From the IMG/VR virus record IMGVR_UViG_2870490042_000003: a stretch of DNA of 42,699 nucleotides, one strand, 5' to 3'. This document shows, one piece after another, positions 19,706 through 29,125 of the stretch (the stretch's first letter is position 1; each line of letters starts with the position of its first letter). The notes beneath the pieces are model-generated. The model was given only the letters and a program-made list of their open reading frames with translations, was not told where the DNA came from and did not search any database. Both the position numbers and the translations under genes were made by a program. The stretch comes from a virus (lineage: Duplodnaviria > Heunggongvirae > Uroviricota > Caudoviricetes).

Positions 19706-20305
19706 TTATGCATTAAGAAGGGTCAAAAGGCGCTCACGCGCCATTCGTTCATTAACAGCTTTCTTCAGCGCACCACTCGCCCGCGCTTCCTGCCAGGCTT
19801 TCATTGAGCGGACACCGGAGTCTGCGTCCTGATAGGCCGGATATGTCACCGGGCTGACGTCATACAGACGAGAAATGCGCGTGATTTCCCGGATAACAAT
19901 CCCCTCGTCGTCTTCATACCAGCTCTCTCCGTCACGGGCGACACGAAACGCGAACGAGGACTGGTTAATGTCACCACGCAACATTGGAGACAGCACCAGG
20001 TCACAAATAGTCGGAGTATCCGGTGCAACAATGTCATAACGTAAACCGCGTTCATCCACCGACAATGACAATGTGCCGGCAGAACTTCGTCCGAGAATGA
20101 AATTAGGATCATGATTAAACAAGCCACGTACATCATCATTCAGTACATCATCAAAAGCCCCCGGCTTGATGATTTCACGAAATCCCCACAGAGGTTCTGA
20201 ACGACTGTTAAATACCGAGCCATACCCCAGAATGTGGGTCGGGGCATTATCATATTGTTCCGCCCGCACCTCCCCGCTGTAACAGCGCGTTTCACGGTCA
20301 TTCAT
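19706..20305 (-). CDS. Prohead maturation protease (HK97 family)
   Basis: 199 aa located between portal and major capsid genes. Confidence 0.85.
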   Translation of the reverse strand: MNDRETRCYSGEVRAEQYDNAPTHILGYGSVFNSRSEPLWGFREIIKPGAFDDVLNDDVRGLFNHDPNFILGRSSAGTLSLSVDERGLRYDIVAPDTPTICDLVLSPMLRGDINQSSFAFRVARDGESWYEDDEGIVIREITRISRLYDVSPVTYPAYQDADSGVRSMKAWQEARASGALKKAVNERMARERLLTLLNA

Positions 20306-21524
20306 CGTTCTTTTCCTCTTTGCCTTTCGTATCTTTAAAGTTATTCAACGGATTTGCTGCATTTACGCTGACCAGCATTTCATCCAGACCGTCAACCGGG
20401 TTCATATCCTCAAATGCCCTGGCTTCATTCCGACTCATCCAGCCATCTGTAATGGCAAAGTGATAGAACTGCGCACGCTCCTGTGGGGTCCCACGGAGCA
20501 ACCCCGTGAGGTTAAAACGAACGTAATACCCGGCAGCCCGTTCTGTACGGGTAAACAGGCGACGGTTAAGCTCCTGCTCCCAGTTCGCAACCCAGGGCAT
20601 CATCGTGTAGCGAACAAACTGAATCGCCTGCTGCGTAATATTCGAAAATGTGGCTTTTTCCAGGTCATTAATCATGTGCGCCGGGACATTAAAAATCCCT
20701 GCAATCATCGACCTGTTCAGCTTGGTCATATCAATGATCTGAGCATCCACCGGAGAAACTGTCAGAGCGCGGTAATCCAGTTGCGCAGGCAACAGCATGG
20801 TTTTATTTTCCTGGCTGCGAAGCGCTGTCACCGCCCGCTGCCACATATTTTTAAGCCTGCCCCAGCTCTGTTCGTTCAGTTCATTTTTCACAGAAATAAT
20901 ACCGGCAGGACGGGCATTACCGTTAAAAAAGGCGCTGGTATACTGCTGGCCACTCATTCCCATACCAATGGTTTCAGCATGCTGCATGATCGGGCTCAGT
21001 CCCATTTTCTGATTGTTTCCCAGCGCCCTGATATGGATCATGTCGTCCGGACTTACCGCAAATGCACCCTCTTCGTTATACACCCCGTAAGTATGACGCC
21101 CACCGGTGTTAAGTAACGTGGTTTCCCATGGCATACAGCATTCAAGGCTGGTAACCTCTCCACGACGATTACGTTTTACCCACGTATAACCATTGCCCCA
21201 CCCCAGCACATGACGCTGCTTCAGTTCCCGCCACTTATAGCTGGTCTGCCAGGCATTAGGTTCATCATGAACGAGCCAGAACAACGGATGATCGCGTGCA
21301 GGCTGAACATGCTCATTCGTTTTTCGCATCACATGCAGGGGCATCTGAGCCACACTGGATGAAATAACATAAATACAGGCATAGACAGCAGCCAGCTTCA
21401 TGGATGTTTCCGGACTGACATACACATCCCGGGCAAAAATATTATCCGTCTCAGCGGCCTCTCCGGTTACCGGAACCGAGGGATTTTCCAGAGACTCACT
21501 GCGAAACAGAGCATCAAGAAGCAT
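20298..21524 (-). CDS. Portal protein (HK97 family)
   Basis: 408 aa; position after the large terminase; AGGAG SD. Confidence 0.9.
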   Translation of the reverse strand: MLLDALFRSESLENPSVPVTGEAAETDNIFARDVYVSPETSMKLAAVYACIYVISSSVAQMPLHVMRKTNEHVQPARDHPLFWLVHDEPNAWQTSYKWRELKQRHVLGWGNGYTWVKRNRRGEVTSLECCMPWETTLLNTGGRHTYGVYNEEGAFAVSPDDMIHIRALGNNQKMGLSPIMQHAETIGMGMSGQQYTSAFFNGNARPAGIISVKNELNEQSWGRLKNMWQRAVTALRSQENKTMLLPAQLDYRALTVSPVDAQIIDMTKLNRSMIAGIFNVPAHMINDLEKATFSNITQQAIQFVRYTMMPWVANWEQELNRRLFTRTERAAGYYVRFNLTGLLRGTPQERAQFYHFAITDGWMSRNEARAFEDMNPVDGLDEMLVSVNAANPLNNFKDTKGKEEKNDE

Positions 21525-21671
21525 GTTTTCTCCTCATGGACACTACCAGTGCATAAAGCAGCAACAAACAGCCCGACAGCATCAGAGACGCTGGCAGACC
21601 TGCATACAGATAAACGCCAGCAGTGAGCAAACCGAAACCGATCAGCCCGGTCATATCAGTAATAAGCTGTT

Positions 21672-23429
21672 TCACAGAATTAACAGGTCCTCATCAGGAT
21701 CAAGCGTGGACAGAAAGTCATTCACGCCCCCGCCATTTACCAGAAAGCGGCTCATGGCCGTAAAAAGCGCAACAGGGCCGTCGATTTTGGCTTCAGGCGT
21801 GGATTTATTCGGGAAGATGTTGTCGTTTTTGTCCGGTTTTACCGTAACGTTAGACATCATCCAGTTCATGACCGGATGATTGCTGTGATGGAAACGCCCG
21901 GCATAAACCAGTGATTCCGTTTCCTTCATGGCCTCTGACAGATTGCGGACCGTCTGCGGAACCTCCACCAGCGGTATCCCTTCTTCAGCCAGTGCCAGGC
22001 TGAACTGCATTGCGCTCCACGGGTCAAATCCCAGTTCCCTGAGGTTTTCACCGCCAATCCATTCCAGTAAGTCACTTTTTATCTGAGCATGATCGATAAC
22101 ATCACCATCCGTCAGGATGAGCTTATCCATCTCCGCCCACTTCCGGTAAAGTTCTGCCTGCTGCCGCGAGCATCGCTCCAGCCGTCCTTCCGGAAGCCAG
22201 AATTTAAAATCAGCATGAACATGTCCGTTATCGGTTCGCCAGAGTTTTGCCGCCGCACAGATATCAATCTTATGAGCAAGGTCGACGCCGACCCACATGG
22301 GATATGTTTTCAGCTCATGTTGTGGAGCAATGTATTCGCACTTCTCCCACTTAATCATATCCATCCAGGCAGATTCGGCAGTGACCCACACATTCATGTG
22401 TTTGGTAAAAAAATTCACCCGCGCAGAGACCTGCTCCTTCGCTTTTTTCGCCAGACGACGCAGATCATCCCAGCGTTTACAGATGCCCAGGCCAGGATTC
22501 GCTTTCTGCCAGACCGTTTCATCAAACGGATCATCTCCCTCATCGAGCGTGTAAATGATCGCAAAGTAGGAGTCGTCTTTTACCGCGCCCTCCACGTCGC
22601 TGTTATAGCCTCGCAATACCTTAATGGCGTAATCGCGCTGCTCGTAGCAAATCCCTTCCTTGTTAAAGCCAGCCGTGGTGATGCCAAATAACAGAGACTG
22701 CAGACGGGCACCGGTTGCCGTTTCCAGAACGTCCCACACGTCACGGGTTTTATGAGCATGCAGCTCATCAATAATGGCGCAGTGGATGTTCAGACCGTCC
22801 AGGTTGTTTGCATCCGAGGAAAGCGGTTCAAATTTTGATGCGCTCTGCTCCTGGTAAATCGCCAGCTTGTTGAAATCAAACAACCGCCCGAGTGTCGACC
22901 GGGCTTTTCTGACCATATTTTTGGCGTCTTCAAACACAATTCTGGCCTGGTCACGCGTGGTTGCGGCTGAATACACCTCAGCCCCGCCTTCACCATCTGC
23001 CCCCGTCATATACAGACCGATACCCGATGACAGGGTTGATTTTGCGTTTTTACGGGCAACTTCGTTGTATGCTGTCCGGAACCGGCGCACCATCACCGGG
23101 CGTCCACTGCCATCGCTGCGCATGACAACTTCCCCGGTTTCTTCATTCACCAGCGGAATGACAAAACCAAAAATATTAATGAGGATAAACACATGCCAGT
23201 CCATCAACTCAATGGGCTGACCTGCCAGCGCCCCTTTCACATGGGGTACAAATTTGTAGAAATTAAGGATGTGCTGTGCACGGGGTTCACTGAAATAAAT
23301 CCCCCGCTCTTCGCCGTACTTCAGATCATCAAGAAAACGCTGGCAGGCCAGACGGACAAATTCGCCAGCAACAATTTCTCCTGCAACAACACGTTCGGCG
23401 TAGCGGATCCCGTCAGCCACTTTTGCCAT
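21672..23429 (-). CDS. terL: Terminase large subunit
   Basis: 585 aa; ATPase and nuclease region motifs (…IIDELHAH…); ATGA overlap with terS. Confidence 0.9.
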   Translation of the reverse strand: MAKVADGIRYAERVVAGEIVAGEFVRLACQRFLDDLKYGEERGIYFSEPRAQHILNFYKFVPHVKGALAGQPIELMDWHVFILINIFGFVIPLVNEETGEVVMRSDGSGRPVMVRRFRTAYNEVARKNAKSTLSSGIGLYMTGADGEGGAEVYSAATTRDQARIVFEDAKNMVRKARSTLGRLFDFNKLAIYQEQSASKFEPLSSDANNLDGLNIHCAIIDELHAHKTRDVWDVLETATGARLQSLLFGITTAGFNKEGICYEQRDYAIKVLRGYNSDVEGAVKDDSYFAIIYTLDEGDDPFDETVWQKANPGLGICKRWDDLRRLAKKAKEQVSARVNFFTKHMNVWVTAESAWMDMIKWEKCEYIAPQHELKTYPMWVGVDLAHKIDICAAAKLWRTDNGHVHADFKFWLPEGRLERCSRQQAELYRKWAEMDKLILTDGDVIDHAQIKSDLLEWIGGENLRELGFDPWSAMQFSLALAEEGIPLVEVPQTVRNLSEAMKETESLVYAGRFHHSNHPVMNWMMSNVTVKPDKNDNIFPNKSTPEAKIDGPVALFTAMSRFLVNGGGVNDFLSTLDPDEDLLIL

Positions 23430-23911
23430 CAGTCTCTCGCTTTTAAAAGCTCTGCCAGCGGATCAACATCATCCGGTCCGGCGGTATTTACTTTCGCCCG
23501 GCTTGCCGGTGACATACCAAACTCTGCAAGCATCGCCCGAATCCGCTTCCAGGCATCAGCCTTCATCGCAGCAGCCGGGTGTGCCTTGATCAGCACATCG
23601 CCATTCTGCGTTTCCGTGCGGTAGGTATAACCCTCAACATCGAGTATTTCGCAGTGATGCCGGTATTCGGTGTAGGCTTCCACCAGTAACTCGAGCGCAC
23701 GTGCATCGAGCTGAGAAATGATCCCTTCCGCATTCAGCTCTTCCGCCATTCGCCTGAACCAGTACTTCCCCTGCGCCCCTAAATGTTGCGGAATTTTAGG
23801 GAGACCTTTTTCATCCTTTTTAGCGGTTTTTTTGGAGTCTTTAACTGGCCGCTTTGAGGGGTTACCTCGTATCAAATGCAGGCGTGGCGGGGTTTTCGGG
23901 GGTCCAGACAT
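23429..23911 (-). CDS. terS: Terminase small subunit (P27 family)
   Basis: 160 aa, basic N-terminus MSGPPKTPPRLHLIRGNPSKRP…; immediately upstream of terL. Confidence 0.8.
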   Translation of the reverse strand: MSGPPKTPPRLHLIRGNPSKRPVKDSKKTAKKDEKGLPKIPQHLGAQGKYWFRRMAEELNAEGIISQLDARALELLVEAYTEYRHHCEILDVEGYTYRTETQNGDVLIKAHPAAAMKADAWKRIRAMLAEFGMSPASRAKVNTAGPDDVDPLAELLKARD

Positions 23912-24058
23912 AATCGATTTTACCTATCAATCATTTAATCACATTCCAAAAAAAAGTTTTCGAACCTGCGGCGATGCGAGGAAAGGTCAGGCGGCGGTAC
24001 TGAGCAGCCAGGGTTGCAGAGATTTGACCTGCCCCTCCCCTACAGATGGGAACTGTTA

Positions 24059-24409
24059 TCAATTGAGGCGTTCGCGCGCTGTTTTTGCTTTATGACAGGG
24101 CCAGCACAGACTCTGCAGGTTACTGTCTGCATCCGTGCCACCATGAGCTTTCGGAATGATGTGGTCCACAGTTCTGGCTTCAACGGCTCTCCCATTGCGC
24201 AGGCAGTTCTGACACAGATGATTATCACGCTTCAGTATGCGCGCACGTATGGCATCCCATTTCGAGCCATAGCCACGCTGGTGGCGGCTCAGTCCGCGTT
24301 GATGCTGTACCCATCCTTCGCCACGATGTTTATCGCAGTAACCAGAACTGTCTGTGGTTGTACCTGCACATCCACGCTTACGGCAGGCGCGTGGGATTCG
24401 TGGGGGCAT
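24059..24409 (-). CDS. HNH endonuclease (terminase-associated)
   Basis: C-terminal HNH motif …DHIIPKAHGGTDADSNLQSLCWPCHKAK…; start placed at ATG 24409 (GGAG SD); the track's M1 is GTG. Confidence 0.85.
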   Translation of the reverse strand: MPPRIPRACRKRGCAGTTTDSSGYCDKHRGEGWVQHQRGLSRHQRGYGSKWDAIRARILKRDNHLCQNCLRNGRAVEARTVDHIIPKAHGGTDADSNLQSLCWPCHKAKTARERLN

Positions 24410-24519
24410 ATGTACTCCAATGAAGAAGCCACCGACATAGCCTCCTCCATTCATAGTGAAACTATTTTCATCTACCCAGTAATGAATTCTTTGTAGAGTT
24501 GTGATCAATACAACTCACT

Positions 24520-24541
24520 AATGGAGAGGCTTGTCCAACAC
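24520..24541. promoter_or_regulatory. 22-bp near-perfect palindrome CTTGTCCAAC-AC-GTTGGACAAG followed by a T-rich tract on the + strand
   Basis: 10-bp arms are exact reverse complements; followed by TTTCCTGTTTGATTT. Confidence 0.4.
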
Positions 24542-24631
24542 GTTGGACAAGTTTCCTGTTTGATTTACTGGACACTATAGAAGGACAGAATGCCTTCATC
24601 ACTCGAATAACATCAATTAAGGAGGTTCAAC

Positions 24632-24754
24632 ATGTTTCATTCCACAAATCATCAGGCTGTAATTATGGCTGCATCAGCTTGTGCCACAGACCTTTTCCGC
24701 TTCACTTTGAGCCTGATTCATTTCTACCTGACCGGCTCGCCTCTATCTTTTTAA
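24632..24754 (+). CDS. Small ORF (40 aa) with a consensus ribosome-binding site; unknown function
   Basis: AAGGAGG 7 nt upstream of the ATG; translation MFHSTNHQAVIMAASACATDLFRFTLSLIHFYLTGSPLSF; below the track's length cutoff. Confidence 0.35.
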   Translation: MFHSTNHQAVIMAASACATDLFRFTLSLIHFYLTGSPLSF

Positions 24755-24934
24755 TCCCCGCTTTATCCAAATTGCATTGCCAGAATGCCGACAACAGACT
24801 GACATTCAAATCCTGACTACCTCCAATAGGCTGAGCATCCACCTATATAGTTTTAATTTTCATCAATCCATTTAACTATCGTTTAATTGTTGTCACATAG
24901 GATTCTGCCGTTTTTAACAATGCAGGATAATAAG

Positions 24935-25228
24935 ATGAAAAAAATGTTGTTTTCTGCCGCTCTGGCAATGCTTATTACAGGATGTGCTCAACAGACGTTT
25001 ACTGTTGGAAACAAACCGACAGCAGTAACACCAAAGGAAACCATCACCCATCATTTCTTCGTTTCGGGAATTGGACAGGAGAAAACTGTTGATGCAGCCA
25101 AAATTTGTGGCGGCGCAGAAAATGTTGTTAAAACAGAAACCCAGCAAACATTCGTAAATGGATTTCTCGGTTTTATTACTTTAGGCATTTATACTCCACT
25201 GGAAGCGCGTGTGTATTGCTCACAATAA
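24935..25228 (+). CDS. bor: Bor lipoprotein (serum-resistance lipoprotein, Iss-like)
   Basis: 97 aa from ATG 24935; MKKMLFSAALAMLITGC lipobox; lambda Bor-like sequence. Confidence 0.9.
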   Translation: MKKMLFSAALAMLITGCAQQTFTVGNKPTAVTPKETITHHFFVSGIGQEKTVDAAKICGGAENVVKTETQQTFVNGFLGFITLGIYTPLEARVYCSQ

Positions 25229-25259
25229 TTGCATGAGTTGCCCATCGATATGGGCAGCT

Positions 25260-25721
25260 CTATCTGCACTGCTCATTAATATACTTCTGGGTTCCTTCCA
25301 GTTGTTTTTGCATTGTGATCAGCCTCTCTCTGAGGGTGAAATAATCCCGTTCAGCGGTGTCTGCCAGTCGGGGGCTGGTTGCATTATCCACGCCGGAGGC
25401 GGTGGTGGCTTCACGCACTGACTGACAGACTGCTTTGATGTGCAACCGACGACGACCAGCGGCAACATCAGCGCGCAGAGTTTCATTTTCAGCTTTCGCA
25501 TTGGCTAATTCTCTCGAGTACTTTGCATCGAGTGCAGCAACATCACGCTGACGCTGCTGCATGTCAGCGATAGTGGCGATCGCCTGCTTCAGCTCACTGA
25601 CTTTTTTATCACGCTGTTCTTTGTAGGCGATGGCGTTATCACGGTAATGATTGACCGCCCACGACAGGCAGACGATGATGCAGATAACCAAAGCATAAAT
25701 AATCGCGGCGACTCTGCTCAC
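25260..25721 (-). CDS. Rz: Rz i-spanin
   Basis: Start placed at GTG 25721 (GGGGA SD) giving [18 protein letters not shown]…, lambda Rz-like; GTGA overlap with the endolysin stop. Confidence 0.8.
   Translation of the reverse strand: MSRVAAIIYALVICIIVCLSWAVNHYRDNAIAYKEQRDKKVSELKQAIATIADMQQRQRDVAALDAKYSRELANAKAENETLRADVAAGRRRLHIKAVCQSVREATTASGVDNATSPRLADTAERDYFTLRERLITMQKQLEGTQKYINEQCR
25319..25501 (-). CDS. Rz1: Rz1 o-spanin (lipoprotein), nested inside Rz in another frame
   Basis: 60 aa with LVVVGC lipobox and PPPPPAW proline-rich segment; fully embedded in Rz. Confidence 0.85.
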   Translation of the reverse strand: MRKLKMKLCALMLPLVVVGCTSKQSVSQCVKPPPPPAWIMQPAPDWQTPLNGIISPSERG

Positions 25722-26251
25722 TGCTCTATCCCCCAACAGGCTAATGCGCTTTCCTGGTCACGACGAATAACCTGTCCATAGCAGTTATTTGAACGTATGC
25801 GGCAATCGCGCCCACCATCTTTTATCCACCAGCGAATCGCCTCGCATGCGCCCTTACGATCACCGGCATTCAGCCGCTTATAAAACGTCGACGGGAAACA
25901 CTTACCGGGGCCAATGTTATAGGGACAGAATGACGCTATACCCGCTTTTTGTGGTTCGGTCAGTAGTACTTTAATATTGCGCTCCACCCATGCCAGCGCC
26001 TTATCACGCTCAATGGCGTTGACCTGGTCGCATTTTTCCTTCGACAGTTTCATACCGGGAAAAACGGGTTTTCCATCCACCATCGTGGCACCCCGACAGA
26101 TGGTCCAGATGCCGGACCCATCGCGGTATGCCGTTGTGTGGTTACCTTCTTTTTCATCCAGAAACTGGTCGAGAATATCAGGCGCGGGCGCACCGACGGC
26201 AATCAGTGCCAGAACGGCAGCCGACAGGCCGTATCTGATTTTTGCGTTCAT
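25718..26251 (-). CDS. R: Endolysin, T4-lysozyme type with N-terminal signal-anchor-release (SAR) domain
   Basis: 177 aa; weakly hydrophobic Gly/Ala-rich N-terminus [14 protein letters not shown]; E-x8-D-x5-T catalytic spacing. Confidence 0.8.
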   Translation of the reverse strand: MNAKIRYGLSAAVLALIAVGAPAPDILDQFLDEKEGNHTTAYRDGSGIWTICRGATMVDGKPVFPGMKLSKEKCDQVNAIERDKALAWVERNIKVLLTEPQKAGIASFCPYNIGPGKCFPSTFYKRLNAGDRKGACEAIRWWIKDGGRDCRIRSNNCYGQVIRRDQESALACWGIEQ

Positions 26252-26314
26252 GGATATTTATCAGGATTTATCGGTTTCTGCCCACGGACAGGTTTATCTG
26301 TTCCGGTCAGTGAC

Positions 26315-26665
26315 TTAAGGTTGTGATTCCGGAGGAGTCTTCAGAGAACCAGTAATTCTTCCCGGTAGCTTTCCTTTGTAGGTTATCCATACATTCTGCG
26401 CCTCTAAAATTACGGGGCGCTTTTCCGGCGACTGCTCATCCCCTTCACATAACCCGGCAGCAACATCCAGGAAGACCTGTCTGATACTCATTCTGGCTGC
26501 TGCCTCATAAAACTCCAGCGCGGCACCTTCAACACGGTCCAGCGAGATGTCCAGGTCAAAAATTTCACCGTCAAAGCGTTTTTTGTCCCGTAACGCTAAA
26601 GTTACCGTAACTTTATTCTCAAAATTGCGGATCCCTTTCACAATCAGTTCATAGTTTTGAGTCAT
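26315..26665 (-). CDS. Conserved phage protein inside the lysis cassette (DUF1327/YdfR-like by recollection)
   Basis: 116-aa ORF with ATG start between the holin and endolysin genes; the family name is from memory only. Confidence 0.5.
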   Translation of the reverse strand: MTQNYELIVKGIRNFENKVTVTLALRDKKRFDGEIFDLDISLDRVEGAALEFYEAAARMSIRQVFLDVAAGLCEGDEQSPEKRPVILEAQNVWITYKGKLPGRITGSLKTPPESQP

Positions 26666-26669
26666 TGAA

Positions 26670-26885
26670 TTACTCTCCCCGTGCCGCCTTACGACGGTCC
26701 TCTCTGATTTTGAAATACAGGTTAGTCAGATATGTCAGCAGCCCAAACAGCAGACTCCCCAGCACGCCTATTGCCGCCCACTGAGACGGGGAAACCCTGT
26801 CCAGCAACTGCAGGAACCAGTAGCCCGTTCCCACCGCTGACGTGGTGTATGACACACCTGTTGTGATTTTTTCCATCTGGTCCAT
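26670..26885 (-). CDS. S: Holin, phage 21 S-like pinholin with dual start (MDQM)
   Basis: 71 aa from ATG 26885; …[50 protein letters not shown] resembles S21; the track's ORF extends to an upstream alternative start. Confidence 0.8.
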   Translation of the reverse strand: MDQMEKITTGVSYTTSAVGTGYWFLQLLDRVSPSQWAAIGVLGSLLFGLLTYLTNLYFKIREDRRKAARGE

Positions 26886-27192
26886 ACCCCGTCTCCCGTT
26901 ATCCGGAAGCTGACAACAATAAAAAAGCCACCAGTTAACTACTGATGGCTCTGATAACTCATGCAAGCGTCTCAGACGATCCACTGACACTACCGGTGAG
27001 TTTAACGATACCTTCCATTTGACTGGCTCACTTTTTATGATGATGCCGGTGTATTTATCTCCAGCACCAGACTTTCTATCTCAACGCCATACGTTGCATT
27101 TTTGGTAATATCCGTCAGCGTCAGTGCATTTAGTCCCACTGCCAGACCGTCTTTTATGGTCTGGAATGCCGGGCCAGTACGATGACGTAGTA

Positions 27193-27381
27193 TCACTCCG
27201 GCTCAGTTGCACCACTGACCACCACATCACCTTCTGCTGCAATCGCCTGCATCAGGGTATAAGGGGTTATGGCCACCGGACTACCAAACGGCTGCCAGCC
27301 CTCTTTCAGTTTATGTGTCAGCTTTTCCGCAAGATCTGACGGCGGCGCCGCCCTGACAACATCATAGTGTTTAAATGCCAT
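27193..27381 (-). CDS. Small conserved lambdoid-phage protein upstream of the holin
   Basis: 62 aa from ATG 27381 (MAFKHYDVVRAAPPSDLAEKL…); position between the Q/tRNA region and the holin. Confidence 0.5.
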   Translation of the reverse strand: MAFKHYDVVRAAPPSDLAEKLTHKLKEGWQPFGSPVAITPYTLMQAIAAEGDVVVSGATEPE

Positions 27382-27641
27382 GGTTCTTTCCACCATCTGA
27401 AAAATAATTCTTTAAAATACCAGACATGTAACACAGAAAAAACACAAAACCATACCTTAAATAGAAACCTGATCATCAAGCAGATATGCATGGATAAACT
27501 ACAAGACGAGATATAAACCACCCTGCATTTAAATAAACAATAAACAACATCAGAAAAATAATTCTGCTCTATGGTTTATATTCAAAAATATCATTTATAC
27601 TTTTCAGAACATCACCAGCAAGGCATAAACAAGGAAGCTAA

Positions 27642-27977
27642 ATGAAGTGGATTGTAATTGATACAGTTATCCAGCCATCATGCGGAATATCTTTTTCAGT
27701 CATATGGAGTAAAGTAAAATTAATAATCTGGTATCAATCGGATGCTTTCTTACCTCCTGAAAGTATATTTACACTGACTCACACAGGTATCATGCTCAAT
27801 AACAAAGTGCTACCTGTAACCATTTACAACGTAGTACCATTCAATAAAACATTCTGGAATTTAATCAAAAACAGCCAGGAATGCCCTACAAATACAGATA
27901 ACGTATTGAATGAATGCTTTAATAACCGTTGCATTCTGCAAATATGTCCTTATGGACTAAAACAACAAAGTCCATAA
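27642..27977 (+). CDS. Hypothetical protein (111 aa) in an AT-rich cargo island, convergent with late transcription
   Basis: ATG 27642 with AAGGAAG SD 4 nt upstream; surrounding 27.40-28.00 kb is markedly AT-rich; no family recognised. Confidence 0.45.
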   Translation: MKWIVIDTVIQPSCGISFSVIWSKVKLIIWYQSDAFLPPESIFTLTHTGIMLNNKVLPVTIYNVVPFNKTFWNLIKNSQECPTNTDNVLNECFNNRCILQICPYGLKQQSP

Positions 27978-28012
27978 GGAGTTTACTCACATCTGACAAA
28001 ATCAATATAAAC

Positions 28013-28216
28013 AGCCCCTCCGGAGAGGGGCTGGAGAGTGGCGCTATGTGCCATTGCATGGTGCCGGGTGCCTCCCGGTGAATTCAGTACCAGCACCTGA
28101 ATCCGCGATTATCCCATATACCTACTCGCTGATTACCCCTCCGCACAGGGGGATTCACCATGCGAAATTTTTTAACAAACTTCCCGCCGGCCAGACAATA
28201 ATCGCCAGCCTGAATT
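28013..28216. repeat. Copy 1 of a diverged ~205-bp direct repeat beginning with GC-rich hairpin AGCCCCTCCGGAGAGGGGCT
   Basis: Shared blocks with copy 2: AGCCCCTCCGGAGAGGGGCTG, CATGGTGCC..GCCTCCCGGT.AATTCAG, GGGGGATTCACCATGCGA, TTTTTAACAAA, GCCAGACAAT.ATC. Confidence 0.7.
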
Positions 28217-28475
28217 ATGAGCAACGTGGCATTTTACGGGAAAACTGTTTTCTGCAGTAAAAAGGCCCGCCGGAGCGAGCCTGGAAGGATAGCGGTCATG
28301 TGATGCCGGTTTCCCGGTAACTCAGCATCGGTATCTGAGTCAACGTTTTCTCTACTGGGTCATTTCCGATACGTTCCGCCTTCCGGCAGACTTTCATCAC
28401 GTCAGAAAATATAGCACCCTGAGTAACAGGACAGTACTCAGAATTCAGGAAACTGTGACACATCCTGCACAGAAA

Positions 28476-28685
28476 AGCCCCTCCGGAGAGGGGCTGAAGT
28501 ATAGCCTAATTTCTGTCTGTCGCATGGTGCCAGGGGCCTCCCGGTAAATTCAGCCTGTCTACTGAATTTGCATGTTCTCTGGATCATACACTTTGCCAGA
28601 TGCCCCGCCGCTGAGGGGGATTCACCATGCGATGTAATTTTTAACAAATTCTCCGGCAGCCAGACAATCATCAAGCTGTGGAATT
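28476..28685. repeat. Copy 2 of the diverged ~205-bp direct repeat
   Basis: Same conserved blocks as copy 1; the hairpin read on the - strand is followed by TTTTCTGTG. Confidence 0.7.
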
Positions 28686-28867
28686 GTGAGGTATTTAAAA
28701 ATTTCAACGGGTAACTGATACCCTGCTAATCGCCTGATGCTTTCTTTTTCAGCAACGGGAAAGCAACAACCACACACCCGCCACCAAAACACCATCAGAC
28801 AGCACCGACATTATCCGGCTGCTGAAGTCCACCATCACCACCAGAAACAACAGGAGTGCAACCACAG

Positions 28868-28910
28868 CTGCTTAGAAGGCAATTGCTCTGCCCGGCTGAG
28901 CTAACAACGC
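28868..28910 (-). pseudogene. Truncated tRNA-Arg(UCU): 5' half only (acceptor 5' strand, D-arm, anticodon arm)
   Basis: - strand GCGTTGT-TA-GCTC-AGCCGGGCA-GAGC-A-ATTGC-CTTCTAA-GCAGC has tRNA geometry with anticodon TCT, but no T-arm or 3' acceptor strand follows. Confidence 0.55.
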
Positions 28911-29010
28911 TGAATACCGATAATGGACCGCCATCGGGGACCCGCCCCCGCACCAACAACCCTGTTATCGTGTCGTCTGCTCTTCCTGATAAGCTAATGG
29001 CGGTTTGTGA

Positions 29011-29086
29011 TGGTGGCCCTTGCTGGATTTGAACCAGCGACCTGGCGATTATGAGTCGCTCGCTCTCACCACTGAGCTAAAGGGCC
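29011..29086 (-). tRNA. tRNA with CAU anticodon (tRNA-Ile2 ileX/ileZ-like, or Met), encoded CCA
   Basis: 76 nt folded by hand into a canonical cloverleaf: acceptor GGCCCTT/AAGGGCC, D-stem GCTC/GAGC, anticodon loop CT-CAT-AA, T-stem GCTGG/CCAGC, T-loop TTCAAAT, discriminator A, CCA. Confidence 0.85.
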
Positions 29087-29125
29087 GGGAGTAGAATAAT
29101 AACGGTCCGTAACTAATTCCGCAAT

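Noticed and set aside
21525-21671. Possible 47-aa hydrophobic ORF (ATG about 21654, - strand) between terL and portal
   Set aside because: Below the length cutoff, no clear ribosome-binding site, and it overlaps the portal gene's own ribosome-binding site; kept only as a possibility
20460-22691. + strand ORFs of 218 and 200 aa (20460-21116, 22089-22691)
   Set aside because: Antisense to the portal and large terminase genes, which have clear family features
28048-28707. ORFs inside the ~205-bp repeats (28048-28260 +, 28438-28707 -)
   Set aside because: They span hairpin-rich repeat DNA, are not conserved in frame between the two copies and have no ribosome-binding site
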